Positions 37,599 to 48,204 of a stretch of DNA of 64,000 nt are shown one piece after another (the first letter of the stretch is position 1; the number at the start of each line of letters is the position of its first letter). This DNA is from an uncultured Erysipelotrichaceae bacterium (lineage in GTDB: Bacteria; Bacillota_I; Bacilli_A; Erysipelotrichales; Erysipelotrichaceae): positions 1-64,000 of the forward strand of contig CAYJIZ010000006.1 in assembly GCA_964370395.1 (NCBI GenBank). Direction: 5' to 3'. A program made the translations under genes and the position numbers. The notes under the pieces were generated by a model. It made no database searches and had not been told where the DNA came from. It worked only from the letters and a program-made list of their open reading frames with translations.

Positions 37599-39974
37599 AT
37601 GTTATTTCAAATTATAAAGAAAGATATCTTGAAAAGAAAAGGGGTAAACGTGATCCTATTTTTATTCATTACGTTGTCGACGATTTTCTTATCAAGTAGT
37701 GTGAATAATATTTTAATTATTTCATCTGGTGTCGATTATTATATGGAATATGCAAATGTACCAGATTTGAATATTGTATTAAACGATATGGTTGAACAAG
37801 AACAAATTGATGAATACTTAAAAGATAAGAAAGAAGCAGGTGTTATTTCGTCATATGGAAATAACTATTTTGCGGAAATTGCAGATTCGTCTATTTCGAT
37901 AAAAGGAAAAGAAGGCTATGTCGTATTAGAAAACAAAGGTTCAGGTATGTTTTTATCTACACTTGATAGTGAGTACTGTAAAGTGTTTGATGAAAAAGGA
38001 AAAACGATTTCTTTGAAAAAGGGAGAGATTGGGGTTCCTGTCAACGTCATGCGAAGAGAAAAGCTGGCGATTGGTGATACGATGAGAATCAAAAGCAATG
38101 GCGTAGAGAAAACATTCCGTATTAAAGCGGGTTTGAAAGATGCTGCGTTTGGTAGTGAGATGATTGGAATGAGTCGTTTTGTCGTAAATGAAGATGACTT
38201 TTCGCTATTCCACAATAACACGCAATTGGGTGTGTATTATATTAATGTGGATGATGCGACCTTTGCTAGTGATTTTAGTGATCAAGGTTTCAAAGGGGTC
38301 ATGAATACCATCACGAGGGATATGTATCGTTTAGCGTATTCCTTTGATATGATTCTTGCAGGTTTATTAATTTTAATTGGGATTTGTTTGATTCTTATCG
38401 CTTTGTTGGTACTTCGCTTTACCATTGTATTTACAGTGGATGAACAATACCAAGAAATAGGAATCTTGAAAGCGATTGGAATTAAGAATTTTACGATTAA
38501 GAAAATTTATTTGGTGAAGTATTTCTTTATCGTAGTGATTGGAGCTTTATTAGGAACGTTTATCAGTATCCCAATCAGTCAGTTTATGATACAGAGTGTA
38601 AACGAAAATATGATTATGGCAAACGAGCAATTAAATCTTGCCATTCCAATTTTATGTGCCTTATTTATCATCGCAATCGTTATTACTTTTTGTTACTTGT
38701 GTACGCGTAAGTTAAATAAAATTTCCGCGATAACAGCGATACGGAAAGGCAACGATGGGGATAACTACAAAGCCAAACGATTGTTTTCCTTAGCGAAAAG
38801 CAACCATTTGCCAACCACACTATTTTTAGGGTTGAATGATATTGCTTCGCACTTATCGCGTTATGCAATCTTAGTGATCACGATCTGTTTTAGTTTTATT
38901 TTGATTACCATTCCACTTAATACCGTGAATACGATGCGCAGTGATGCGATGGCGGAAAAGTTCAGTTTGGATCCAGATAGTTCGGTGTACGCATCGAAGC
39001 TTGAACAAAACAAGGAAGAGAAATACAGAACCGTAGATGATTTGAAAGAAGGAATGAAACAGCTACAAAATAAACTGGATGCCAAAGGTTATAAGGCAAA
39101 ACTTACGGGTAATGCCATTTATTTCTTTGGGTATCAAAATTTAGAGAGTCATAAAAAAACTTCGATTATGACTTTGCAGATGGTTGGGGAAGAAAAACAA
39201 TTCTTTACCTATGATGAAGGAAGTGCACCACAATTAGAAAATGAAGTTGCCTTTTCCAAACAGGTGATGGAAGAAAACAATTGGGTGATTGGTGACATGG
39301 TGAGTATGCAACTGCAAGACCAAGAGAAAACAATGTACATCTCTGGTTCTTATACAGATTATATGCAAATAGGGAAAAGTGCCAAATTGAATAGTAAGAT
39401 CGATTGTGGACAGGAGATCATGTTTGATTATTGGAATGTGATGGTGGACTTTAAAACAAAGAAAAGCCAGTCAGAAGTCGCTGCCATTTTACAAAAACAA
39501 ATACCGATGTACGAATGGAAAAGCGCTCGCGATATCGTGAACCAAAACATCGGAGGTATTCAAGATACTTTAAATGGAATCTTAATACCGATGACAGCAT
39601 TGTTGTATGGTATCATCGCACTGATTATCGTCTTGATGGAGAAATTATTCATCACCCAAGAAAAAGGGGAAATCGCGATGATGAAGAGCATTGGATTTAC
39701 GCATCGTAGCATTACCAATTGGCAGATTATTCGTATGGCTGGGGTGAGTGTGATTGCGATGATTGTATCGATTCCTTTGTCGTTTGTTAGTAATCATTTT
39801 GTCTTGCGTCCTATCTTCTCTTTTATGGGAGCAGAAATCGCAATTCAAGTAGATCCTTTACAAGCGTATCTTATTTATCCTGGAATTTTAATTTTATGTA
39901 TTATTGTTGCGACAATTATCGCAACGCGTTCCATGAAAAAGATTACGATTAGAGAAATGAACAATTTAGAGTAG
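37599..39974 (+). CDS. ABC transporter permease with two FtsX-like domains and a large extracellular domain (BceB/MacB-like)
   Basis: 791 aa; N-terminal TM then ~230-aa extracytoplasmic region; two clusters of 3-4 TM helices. Confidence 0.75.
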   Translation: MLFQIIKKDILKRKGVNVILFLFITLSTIFLSSSVNNILIISSGVDYYMEYANVPDLNIVLNDMVEQEQIDEYLKDKKEAGVISSYGNNYFAEIADSSISIKGKEGYVVLENKGSGMFLSTLDSEYCKVFDEKGKTISLKKGEIGVPVNVMRREKLAIGDTMRIKSNGVEKTFRIKAGLKDAAFGSEMIGMSRFVVNEDDFSLFHNNTQLGVYYINVDDATFASDFSDQGFKGVMNTITRDMYRLAYSFDMILAGLLILIGICLILIALLVLRFTIVFTVDEQYQEIGILKAIGIKNFTIKKIYLVKYFFIVVIGALLGTFISIPISQFMIQSVNENMIMANEQLNLAIPILCALFIIAIVITFCYLCTRKLNKISAITAIRKGNDGDNYKAKRLFSLAKSNHLPTTLFLGLNDIASHLSRYAILVITICFSFILITIPLNTVNTMRSDAMAEKFSLDPDSSVYASKLEQNKEEKYRTVDDLKEGMKQLQNKLDAKGYKAKLTGNAIYFFGYQNLESHKKTSIMTLQMVGEEKQFFTYDEGSAPQLENEVAFSKQVMEENNWVIGDMVSMQLQDQEKTMYISGSYTDYMQIGKSAKLNSKIDCGQEIMFDYWNVMVDFKTKKSQSEVAAILQKQIPMYEWKSARDIVNQNIGGIQDTLNGILIPMTALLYGIIALIIVLMEKLFITQEKGEIAMMKSIGFTHRSITNWQIIRMAGVSVIAMIVSIPLSFVSNHFVLRPIFSFMGAEIAIQVDPLQAYLIYPGILILCIIVATIIATRSMKKITIREMNNLE

Positions 39975-39983
39975 GAGGCACAT

Positions 39984-40751
39984 ATGGAAACTTTAAAAGT
40001 CAGTAATTTATGCAAAACATACATTGTGAACAAGCGTCAAAATAATGTACTGAGAAATATTAATTTAGAAATTAAAGAAAAAGAAATGGTTGCGATTATG
40101 GGACCTTCGGGTTCAGGGAAGACAACATTGCTCTATACCGTAAGTGGAATGGATGAAGCAAGTGCTGGAAAGATTGATTTCTTTGGTAAAGATATGACAA
40201 AGTTAAGTGCAAATGAGATGAGTCAATTGCGTTTACAAGAGATGGGATTTGTTTTTCAACAAATGTATATGCTGAAAAATTTGTCAATTTATGATAATAT
40301 CGTATTACCAGCATACCAAGTAGTGAAAAACAACAAAAAGGAAAGAGAAGTCATTCGCCAACGAGCAAAAACGTTGATGCAGCGATTGGGCATTAGTGAT
40401 GTTTCCAGCAACAATGTGGCGGAAGTATCAGGAGGTCAATTGCAACGTGCTTGTATTTGTCGAAGTTTGATCAACCAACCGAAAATTATTTTTGCGGATG
40501 AACCAACAGGGGCGTTAAACAAACAAAATTCCATTGAAGTAATGGATGAGTTAACGCGTATTAATGAATTAGGGACTAGCATTATGTTAGTGACACATGA
40601 TTTAAAAGTTGCAAGCAAGTGCGAACGTGTCCTTTATATTGAAGATGGAAATATCCGTGCAGAAATCAACTTAGGTAAGTATGAGATAAGCGAAGATATG
40701 TATGCACGCGAGCGTAAAGTTAACGATTGGTTAATGCAATTGGGGTGGTAG
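39984..40751 (+). CDS. ABC transporter ATP-binding protein (MacB/LolD/BceA-like)
   Basis: GPSGSGKTT, SGGQLQR, IFADEPTGALN, LVTHD. Confidence 0.85.
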   Translation: METLKVSNLCKTYIVNKRQNNVLRNINLEIKEKEMVAIMGPSGSGKTTLLYTVSGMDEASAGKIDFFGKDMTKLSANEMSQLRLQEMGFVFQQMYMLKNLSIYDNIVLPAYQVVKNNKKEREVIRQRAKTLMQRLGISDVSSNNVAEVSGGQLQRACICRSLINQPKIIFADEPTGALNKQNSIEVMDELTRINELGTSIMLVTHDLKVASKCERVLYIEDGNIRAEINLGKYEISEDMYARERKVNDWLMQLGW

Positions 40752-40754
40752 AAT

Positions 40755-41426
40755 TTGAATGAAATTTTATTAGTCGAAGACAATAGAGAACTAGCGAGTT
40801 TATTAAAAGCCTTTCTACATAAGGAGGGCTTTTCGTGCATTCATAAAGAGTGTGCAGAAGAAGCGCAATTATATTTGATGAAACATCAACCATCCCTTAT
40901 TTTATTGGATATCATGTTACCTAAGATGGATGGGTTTGCTTTTTGTAAGTACGTACGTCGTACAAGCAATGTCGCTATCGTTATTTTAAGTGCAAAATCA
41001 GCCAAACCAGATAAATTAATGGGATACGAATTAGGGGCAGATGACTATATGGAGAAACCGATTGATTTGGATCTTTTACTCGCAAAGATAAAAGCATTAC
41101 AAGCGCGTACCAATAAGCGAGAAGATCGCATTGTATCTGGTGCTCTTACCATTGAAAAACAAGCGCATAAAGTATACCTTCATGAAAAGCTTATCGATTT
41201 GAATGTGAAAGAGTTTGAATTGTTGTTGCTGTTGGTGGAAAACAAAGGTAAGACATTATCGAAAGAGTATTTGTTCGGTTGCGTTTGGGGAATGGATAGC
41301 AATAGTGAAAACCAAACGTTGACGGTACATATTAAAATGTTGCGTTCTAAGATTGAAACGGATTCACGAAATCCAAAACGAATTCAAACGATTTGGGGAA
41401 TAGGGTATCGTTATGAAGAGGTATAA
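40755..41426 (+). CDS. OmpR-family response regulator
   Basis: Receiver LLVEDN...LLDIMLPKMDG plus winged-helix output domain. TTG start inferred. Confidence 0.8.
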   Translation: MNEILLVEDNRELASLLKAFLHKEGFSCIHKECAEEAQLYLMKHQPSLILLDIMLPKMDGFAFCKYVRRTSNVAIVILSAKSAKPDKLMGYELGADDYMEKPIDLDLLLAKIKALQARTNKREDRIVSGALTIEKQAHKVYLHEKLIDLNVKEFELLLLLVENKGKTLSKEYLFGCVWGMDSNSENQTLTVHIKMLRSKIETDSRNPKRIQTIWGIGYRYEEV

Positions 41427-42684
41427 TGCAATCATTGCTTTCTCAATCATTGTGTATATCATTTTAGCCATTAGTTCAAGTTTCGCTATCCTTCAAATAA
41501 ATAAAAATGAAAGTAAGGGGTATCGCGTCGAGAGCAATCGCATTATGCATTTGTTAGAGACAAATGAGGAAGAGGGAGCGATTGCGATGTCGCGATACCA
41601 ATACATTAAAAAAATAAAATTGTTACCTGTTAAGGAAACAGACAAAGATGCAGTGCAATCTTTTTATGAAGAGTCGCCACGTTATTATGAGCAAATCAAG
41701 CCTTTGTATCGGGATGGGGAGTTGCAGGCGTATGTTAAATTCTTATACGATTTGCCAAACCAACAAACTTCTAATGTGCTTCTATTGCTTCAGGTTAGCC
41801 TGTTTCTATTAGAGGCCATCATCTTACTTATCTTGTGGTACTTGCGTGCTAATTTGATTGTGCCATTTCAACGTTTGGTAAGTCTTCCAGAAGAGTTAGC
41901 ACAAGGGCATTACAAAGGTATTGTGAAGGAAACAAAGCATCGTTATTTAAACTATTTCATGCGAGGTATGGGACAGTTAAAGGATTCTTTGCAGACATCG
42001 CGCAAGCGTGAATTGCAGTTAGAGAAAGAAAAGAAGAAGATGTTGTTGTCGCTTTCACATGATGTAAAGACGCCTTTGAATTTAATAAAGTTGTATTCCA
42101 CAGCGTTACAAGAAGATTGGTACGAAGAAGAAGCTGCAAAGCAACAAGCGATCAAGCAAATTGGGAATAAGGCTGAGGAAATAGAAAATTATGTGGAAAC
42201 AATCATTACGAGTGCCAAAGAAGATGTCCTAGATATCCCAGTAGTAATAGGGGATTTCTATTTGCAGGATTTGATGCAACGCATTCAATTGATGTACGAG
42301 GAAATTTGCATGTTGCGCCAAGTCGAGTTTCGTGTGTTCCCTTATGAGAATAAGTTACTAAAAGGAGATATTGATCGTAGCCAAGAAGTGCTAGAAAACA
42401 TTATCGAAAATGCGTTGAAGTATGGAGATGGGAGATGCATTGAAATACGTTTTGAAGAAGAGGAATATTGCCAATTAGTGCATGTATACAATAGTGGGGA
42501 TTGCGTAAGTGAAAATGAGATGAATCATATTTTTGAGAGTTTCTTTCGTGGTGCCAACAGCAAAGGCAAGCAAGGAAGTGGTCTGGGATTGTGTATTTGC
42601 AAAGACATCATGCATAAGATGGATGGCGAAATTTTCACCCAATGCAAGGATGAAGGAATGGTATTTACGCTCGTCTTTCGCTAA
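41413..42684 (+). CDS. Sensor histidine kinase (two TM, HisKA + HATPase_c)
   Basis: H-box LSHDVKTPLN; G-boxes GSGLGL. Confidence 0.8.
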   Translation: MKRYNAIIAFSIIVYIILAISSSFAILQINKNESKGYRVESNRIMHLLETNEEEGAIAMSRYQYIKKIKLLPVKETDKDAVQSFYEESPRYYEQIKPLYRDGELQAYVKFLYDLPNQQTSNVLLLLQVSLFLLEAIILLILWYLRANLIVPFQRLVSLPEELAQGHYKGIVKETKHRYLNYFMRGMGQLKDSLQTSRKRELQLEKEKKKMLLSLSHDVKTPLNLIKLYSTALQEDWYEEEAAKQQAIKQIGNKAEEIENYVETIITSAKEDVLDIPVVIGDFYLQDLMQRIQLMYEEICMLRQVEFRVFPYENKLLKGDIDRSQEVLENIIENALKYGDGRCIEIRFEEEEYCQLVHVYNSGDCVSENEMNHIFESFFRGANSKGKQGSGLGLCICKDIMHKMDGEIFTQCKDEGMVFTLVFR

Positions 42685-42702
42685 TTGTATTCCTAAAGAT
42701 TA

Positions 42703-42730
42703 AAAAAAGCAGGAAATATCCTGTTTTTTT
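42703..42730 (+). terminator. Intrinsic terminator
   Basis: gcaggaaatatcctgt hairpin flanked by A7 / T7. Confidence 0.7.
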
Positions 42731-42806
42731 GTGTTCGAAATCATGGGTATTTGTTTTCTTTGCTTCTTATTAAATGTATAATAGATAAGAAAGGAAACAG
42801 GTGCTT

Positions 42807-43571
42807 ATGAAAGTTTTTGCGAGTGATTATGATGGAACGATTAAAGTAGATGGAATCGTGAGTGAAGAAAACTTAGCAGCGTTGGCTGCTTGGAAAGATA
42901 AAGGCAATCGTTTTGGGATTGTGACAGGACGTAGTGTGGAGTCCACACTATTAGAAGTGAACAAATATGGCTATGCCTTGGATTTTATGATTTGTAATAA
43001 TGGAGGGGTTATTTATGATGGTAACCAGACTTTATTAAAAAGTTTCGCGATTGATTTTAACAAAGCATTGGCTTTGATTGAAGAAATTCGTAAGATGGAC
43101 TGTAACTGTTTTGTTTTAAACAATGGGGTACAACGTGCCAAAGAAGTAGTAAACAGTGAATACGAAGATTATAAATATGGGGCGTACAGCAGTGATTATA
43201 GCGTAGAGCGTATTATTGCAGAAGGCTGCATCAGCCAAATTGTCATCTCTTTGAATGATGATGCATTAGGTTTAGAAATCGCAGCGTATATCAATGAAGC
43301 TTACAAGGGGTATGTGGAAGCGTATCCGAATGTGAATTGTGTTGATATTGTTGCAGCAAACGTAAGCAAGGCGAGTGGTATTGCTTATATTGCAAAACAT
43401 TATGACTATGCGCATGATGCAATTTATACGATGGGGGATTCCTACAATGATATCAGTATGTTGGAAGCGTACCAAAGTGCTACACTTGAGCATGCAAATG
43501 ATGCCATTAAAGCAGTTGCGAATGAAGTTTGCGCTGATGTTGCACAATTTTTAAATGCATTAGAAAAGTAA
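42807..43571 (+). CDS. HAD-IIB (Cof-type) hydrolase
   Basis: DYDGTI motif I; GRS motif; MGDSYNDISM motif IV. Confidence 0.75.
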   Translation: MKVFASDYDGTIKVDGIVSEENLAALAAWKDKGNRFGIVTGRSVESTLLEVNKYGYALDFMICNNGGVIYDGNQTLLKSFAIDFNKALALIEEIRKMDCNCFVLNNGVQRAKEVVNSEYEDYKYGAYSSDYSVERIIAEGCISQIVISLNDDALGLEIAAYINEAYKGYVEAYPNVNCVDIVAANVSKASGIAYIAKHYDYAHDAIYTMGDSYNDISMLEAYQSATLEHANDAIKAVANEVCADVAQFLNALEK

Positions 43572-43629
43572 GGTTTTCTAAACCAAATTATGTATTTATG
43601 ATATAATGTTAAACGGAAGGAGTGTTACC

Positions 43630-44691
43630 ATGATTAATAGTATAACACTTAGTAACGTGTGGACGATTACCACCATATTACTGGACATTACAATTATCGC
43701 AATAGTGATTTACTATTGTTTAAAAATTGTGAAAAATAATTCTAGAACAATGCAAATATTCAAAGGAATCATGTTTATTATCATTATCAATGGTTTGGCA
43801 CAATTGCTAAATCTTGCAACGGTAGAAAACTTGACGCAACAATGTTTGAATTGGGGATTTTTAGCGTTAATTATCATCTTTCAACCTGAGATTCGTTCTG
43901 TGCTTGAAAAGATGGGAAAAACGATGATTTTTTCTCGTATCACAACACTTACTGTGAACGAACGTGAACGCTTAGTAAACGAGTTAGTAAAAACGAGCGT
44001 ACAATTATCAAAAACAAAAACAGGAGCGATTATCTCAATTGAACAATCGCAATCCTTAAGCGATTATATTAAAACAGGAACAGCGATGAACTCAGTGGTA
44101 TCGAGTGAATTGTTATGTTCTATTTTCCAATACGGTACACCATTACACGATGGTGCAGTTATTTTACAAGGGGATAAGATTGCGTGTGCAAGTGCTTATT
44201 TTCCACCAACAACCAGAGAATTCCCATCAAGTTATGGGGCAAGACATCGTGCTGCTGTGGGGATTAGTGAAATTAGCGATTGTGTAACTATTGTTGTGTC
44301 TGAAGAAAGTGGTGACATTTCAATTGCACGTGAAGGAAATCTAATTAAGATGAACGAACGTGAGTTAAAAGAATACTTGCTTATGACACTTTGCCAAACG
44401 AGTGCAGAAGTGAACAAAGAAGCAGTGGAAAAAACGACAGATGTTGAAAAAATTGATGATTCGACTTCATTGAAAGATATTCGTGATGACAATAAAACAA
44501 AAATAAGTTTTATTCAAAAAGCGAAACGCAATAAGAAAACAAGTGAAGAAAGTACGATAGTTCATAAAGAAGAAAGTGAACCATCATTGAAACGTGGTCG
44601 TAAGAGCACAAAGATTAAAGCAGAGGAAATTGTAGCTCCACAAAAGAAGCGTAAAACTTCGACTAAGAAAAAAGAAGGGAGTGATTCCTAA
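43630..44691 (+). CDS. cdaA: Diadenylate cyclase CdaA with ~90-aa Lys/Glu-rich C-terminal extension
   Basis: 3 N-terminal TM helices; DAC domain motifs GAIISIE, TPLHDGAVIL, GARHRAAVGISE. RBS GGAAGGAG before ATG 43630. The ORF track starts at 43606. Confidence 0.85.
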   Translation: MINSITLSNVWTITTILLDITIIAIVIYYCLKIVKNNSRTMQIFKGIMFIIIINGLAQLLNLATVENLTQQCLNWGFLALIIIFQPEIRSVLEKMGKTMIFSRITTLTVNERERLVNELVKTSVQLSKTKTGAIISIEQSQSLSDYIKTGTAMNSVVSSELLCSIFQYGTPLHDGAVILQGDKIACASAYFPPTTREFPSSYGARHRAAVGISEISDCVTIVVSEESGDISIAREGNLIKMNERELKEYLLMTLCQTSAEVNKEAVEKTTDVEKIDDSTSLKDIRDDNKTKISFIQKAKRNKKTSEESTIVHKEESEPSLKRGRKSTKIKAEEIVAPQKKRKTSTKKKEGSDS

Positions 44692-46061
44692 TGGCAAAAA
44701 GAAATAAGAAACCGTTAAATGCTGAAAAGAAATTAGAATTAGCACAAGCGATTGCAAAGAAATCACAATCCTTTAAACGTACGTACGAAAGTGTAGAGAG
44801 CACGTTTGTAAAAGCGTTCCGCTCTGTTTCTTCGTGGATTGACTATGTATTATTTAACCAACGTTTTTCTAAGTTGGTAGCCCTATGTTTGGCGATTGTA
44901 TTGTACCTAGTATTAAATGGTCCATTACAATCCAGTATTTTTGTTAGTAACATTCAACAAGTAGTCACACTAGAAAATGTGAAAGTAACAAGTAACATTA
45001 GTGCGAGTGTTTATGAGGTGACAGGATTACCTGAAACGGTAACGGTTGATGTGAAGGGTGACAGTGCTGATGTGCAGTTTGCTGCCCAACAAAAAGATTC
45101 GTACCAAGTAATGGCTGACCTTGAAGTGTTTGGAGAAGGAACACACGAAGTAAAATTAGAACCTGTGAACTTCTCAGATAAAGTGGAAGTATCGATTCAA
45201 CCAAGTACAGCACTTGTTACGATTAAAAAGAAAATTTCACGTTCCTTTGTTGTAGGATATGACTTTATTAATACGGATAAGTTAGATAAGATCTATTCAT
45301 TAGGAACACCAGAGTTCTCACAAAAAGAAGTAATCGTACGTGCAAGTGAAGATACGATTAACCGTATCTCTTATGTAAAAGCATTGATTAATGTTGAAGG
45401 AATCAAAGCAGACTTTACACAAGATGCGACACTTGTGGCATATGATCAAGATGGAGAACGTATCAAAGTAGATATTTTACCAGAAAAGGTTACGGTGAAA
45501 GTCAATGTGACAACACCACACAAAGAAGTACCGATTGAAGTTGTTCCAGAGGGAACGATGGAAGATGGACTAGCGATTGAATCTTATACATTAGATCATT
45601 CTTCGATCACGGTTTATGCACCACAAAATGTATTGGATGAAGTGAACAAAGTAGAGATTAGTGTACCTGTTAATAAGATTAAGGCAGATACAACAATTAC
45701 TATGCCAGTGATGTTACCTTCTGGTGTATCCAAAGGAAACATTACAAAAGTGAAGATTAACTTAAAAGTAGGGAAGTCGACATCGAAAGAAATAAATGAT
45801 GTAGCGATTTCTTATAAAAACTATGATGATCAATTTAAAATTGTATTAGGTGATTCTTCTGCGAAAACGACAGTGGTCGCAAAAGGTGCAAAAAATGTAT
45901 TGGAATCTATCAAAGCCACAGACATTGATGTGGTGATGGATTTAGAAGGGTACAATCGCGCGGGAACGTATGAAGTGCCATTAAAAGTAAGTGGTAAAAA
46001 TAAATTAGCAACGTATTTATTAAAGAATACGACAATTAAAATAACATTGGAGGCAAAATAG
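44691..46061 (+). CDS. cdaR: CdaR (YbbR-domain) regulator of CdaA
   Basis: N-terminal TM then four YbbR-like repeats. Conserved position between cdaA and glmM. Confidence 0.8.
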   Translation: MAKRNKKPLNAEKKLELAQAIAKKSQSFKRTYESVESTFVKAFRSVSSWIDYVLFNQRFSKLVALCLAIVLYLVLNGPLQSSIFVSNIQQVVTLENVKVTSNISASVYEVTGLPETVTVDVKGDSADVQFAAQQKDSYQVMADLEVFGEGTHEVKLEPVNFSDKVEVSIQPSTALVTIKKKISRSFVVGYDFINTDKLDKIYSLGTPEFSQKEVIVRASEDTINRISYVKALINVEGIKADFTQDATLVAYDQDGERIKVDILPEKVTVKVNVTTPHKEVPIEVVPEGTMEDGLAIESYTLDHSSITVYAPQNVLDEVNKVEISVPVNKIKADTTITMPVMLPSGVSKGNITKVKINLKVGKSTSKEINDVAISYKNYDDQFKIVLGDSSAKTTVVAKGAKNVLESIKATDIDVVMDLEGYNRAGTYEVPLKVSGKNKLATYLLKNTTIKITLEAK

Positions 46062-46062
46062 A

Positions 46063-47403
46063 ATGGGGAAGTATTTTGGAACAGATGGAGCAAGAGGTAG
46101 AGCGAACGAAAAGTTAACGCTAGAAATGGCGATTAAAATCGGTCAATTTATCGGAAGCTATTACACGAAAGAAAAACATGCGAAAATCGTGATTGGAAAA
46201 GATACACGATTATCAAGTGATATGTTTGAAGCAGCAATCGTTGCTGGTGCAACAAGTATGGGTGCTAACGTTTATGTAGTTGGGACATGTCCAACTCCTT
46301 GTGTATCGTACTTGATTCGCAAAGATAAGTTTGATTGTGGAGTGATGATTAGTGCTTCTCATAACCCGTTCTATGACAATGGGATTAAATTATTTAACCA
46401 CTTAGGAAAAAAGATGGATCCTGAAGTAGAAGCGATGATTGAAGATTACATCGATGGTAAATTATCTTTGGACTATGCTATTGATGAAAAAGTAGGACAA
46501 CGTATTGATTATTCTGAAAGTTTGTCTTTGTATGAATCATGGTTAAAAAACATCGTAGATGTGGATTTAACAGGAATGAACATTGCCATCGATTTAGCAA
46601 ATGGTAGTGCGACATCATGTGCTTTGGATACCCTACGTGATTTGGGTGCAAAATGTAAAGTCATTCATACAACACCAGATGGAATCAACATTAATACGAA
46701 CTGTGGTTCTACCCATCCTGAAGATTTGCAAGCATTGATGCGTACAGGAAAATACAACGTCGGGTTTGCTTTTGATGGCGATGCGGATCGTTTGATTGCC
46801 GTGAATGAAGAAGGTGCTTTGTTTGATGGAGATCACATCTTATATGTATGTGGTAACTACTATGATAAAGTAAACAAATTAAATAAGAATACGATTGTTA
46901 CCACGGTTATGGCTAACCTTGGATTCTACAAAGCGATGGAAACATGTGGGATTCATACCGAACAAACTGCGGTGGGAGACAAATACGTATTTGAATGCAT
47001 GGAAGAAAATGATTACTCGATTGGTGGAGAACAATCCGGTCATATCATCTTCAAAGAACATGCGAATACAGGAGATGGATTATTAACTGCGTTAAAGTTA
47101 TTAGAAGTAATGACGCACGAAAACAAATCACTAAAACAATTAAGTGAAGGATTAACCATTTATCCTCAATTATTAGTGAACATTCGAGTGAAAAACAAGG
47201 ATGAAGCAATGGCAGACGAAGCCGTATTATCGGAAGTAGACAAAGTGAGTGCTGCTTTAGGTGAGGAAGGTCGTATCTTAGTAAGAACGAGTGGAACCGA
47301 ACCTTTGGTACGTGTTATGGTCGAAGCAAAAAGCGATGAACTATGCCAACAATATGTTTACCAAGTAATTGATGTGATTAAACAAAGAGGTTTAGAAGAG
47401 TAA
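46063..47403 (+). CDS. glmM: Phosphoglucosamine mutase
   Basis: MGKYFGTDGARG...SASHNP active-site Ser region; 446 aa. Confidence 0.9.
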   Translation: MGKYFGTDGARGRANEKLTLEMAIKIGQFIGSYYTKEKHAKIVIGKDTRLSSDMFEAAIVAGATSMGANVYVVGTCPTPCVSYLIRKDKFDCGVMISASHNPFYDNGIKLFNHLGKKMDPEVEAMIEDYIDGKLSLDYAIDEKVGQRIDYSESLSLYESWLKNIVDVDLTGMNIAIDLANGSATSCALDTLRDLGAKCKVIHTTPDGININTNCGSTHPEDLQALMRTGKYNVGFAFDGDADRLIAVNEEGALFDGDHILYVCGNYYDKVNKLNKNTIVTTVMANLGFYKAMETCGIHTEQTAVGDKYVFECMEENDYSIGGEQSGHIIFKEHANTGDGLLTALKLLEVMTHENKSLKQLSEGLTIYPQLLVNIRVKNKDEAMADEAVLSEVDKVSAALGEEGRILVRTSGTEPLVRVMVEAKSDELCQQYVYQVIDVIKQRGLEE

Positions 47404-47407
47404 ATAA

Positions 47408-47447
47408 TAATACTAGAGTATCGTCTCTAGTATTTTATTTTCAAAGA
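47408..47447 (+). terminator. Intrinsic terminator
   Basis: atactagag...ctctagtat perfect hairpin + TTTATTTT. Confidence 0.7.
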
Positions 47448-47547
47448 GATAGTAAACTATCACATAATTTTTGATGATTAAACATAAATAACAACTGTTT
47501 TTTTCACATAATTTTGATACAATGATAATAACGAGAAGGTGATGTAA

Positions 47548-48204
47548 ATGAAAAAAGTAATTTGTGTCGTAGAAGACGAAAAAGATTTAAACGAATTAGT
47601 AAAACGTTATCTTGAAAAAGAAGGGTACGAAGTACGTTCGTATTTGACTTTTGATGAGGCTAGCGAGCATACCAAAGATGACGATGTGCATATGTGGGTA
47701 TTGGACATCATGTTAGACGATAAGAGTGGATTTGATCTGATTGAAGAAATTCGTAGTACAGGAAGTGAAATACCAGTTATTTTCATGAGTGCGAGAGACA
47801 AAGAATTCGATCGTATTATCGGTCTTGAAAAAGGAAGTGATGACTATATCACGAAACCATTCTCACCAAAAGAACTAGTATTACGTGTCAACAATATTAT
47901 GAAACGTGCCTACAAAGAAAGTAACCGTATTTTAGTTGATGGGTATGAATTGGATGAAGAACAACGTAAAGTATTCGATCAAAATGAAGAAATCGATTTG
48001 ACGACAAAAGAGTTTGATTTATTGATGATGTTTATTCGCAATAAGGGGATCGCATTCTCACGTGAAAAGATATTAGAAAACGTTTGGGAAGATAACTATT
48101 TTGGAAGCGATCGTGTTGTCGATGATACATTGCGTCGTTTGCGTAAGAAATTGCCTAAGTTAAATATTCATACCATTTATGGATTTGGGTACCGATTAGG
48201 ATAA
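47548..48204 (+). CDS. OmpR-family response regulator
   Basis: Receiver domain D in WVLDIMLDDKSG; winged helix. Confidence 0.8.
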   Translation: MKKVICVVEDEKDLNELVKRYLEKEGYEVRSYLTFDEASEHTKDDDVHMWVLDIMLDDKSGFDLIEEIRSTGSEIPVIFMSARDKEFDRIIGLEKGSDDYITKPFSPKELVLRVNNIMKRAYKESNRILVDGYELDEEQRKVFDQNEEIDLTTKEFDLLMMFIRNKGIAFSREKILENVWEDNYFGSDRVVDDTLRRLRKKLPKLNIHTIYGFGYRLG

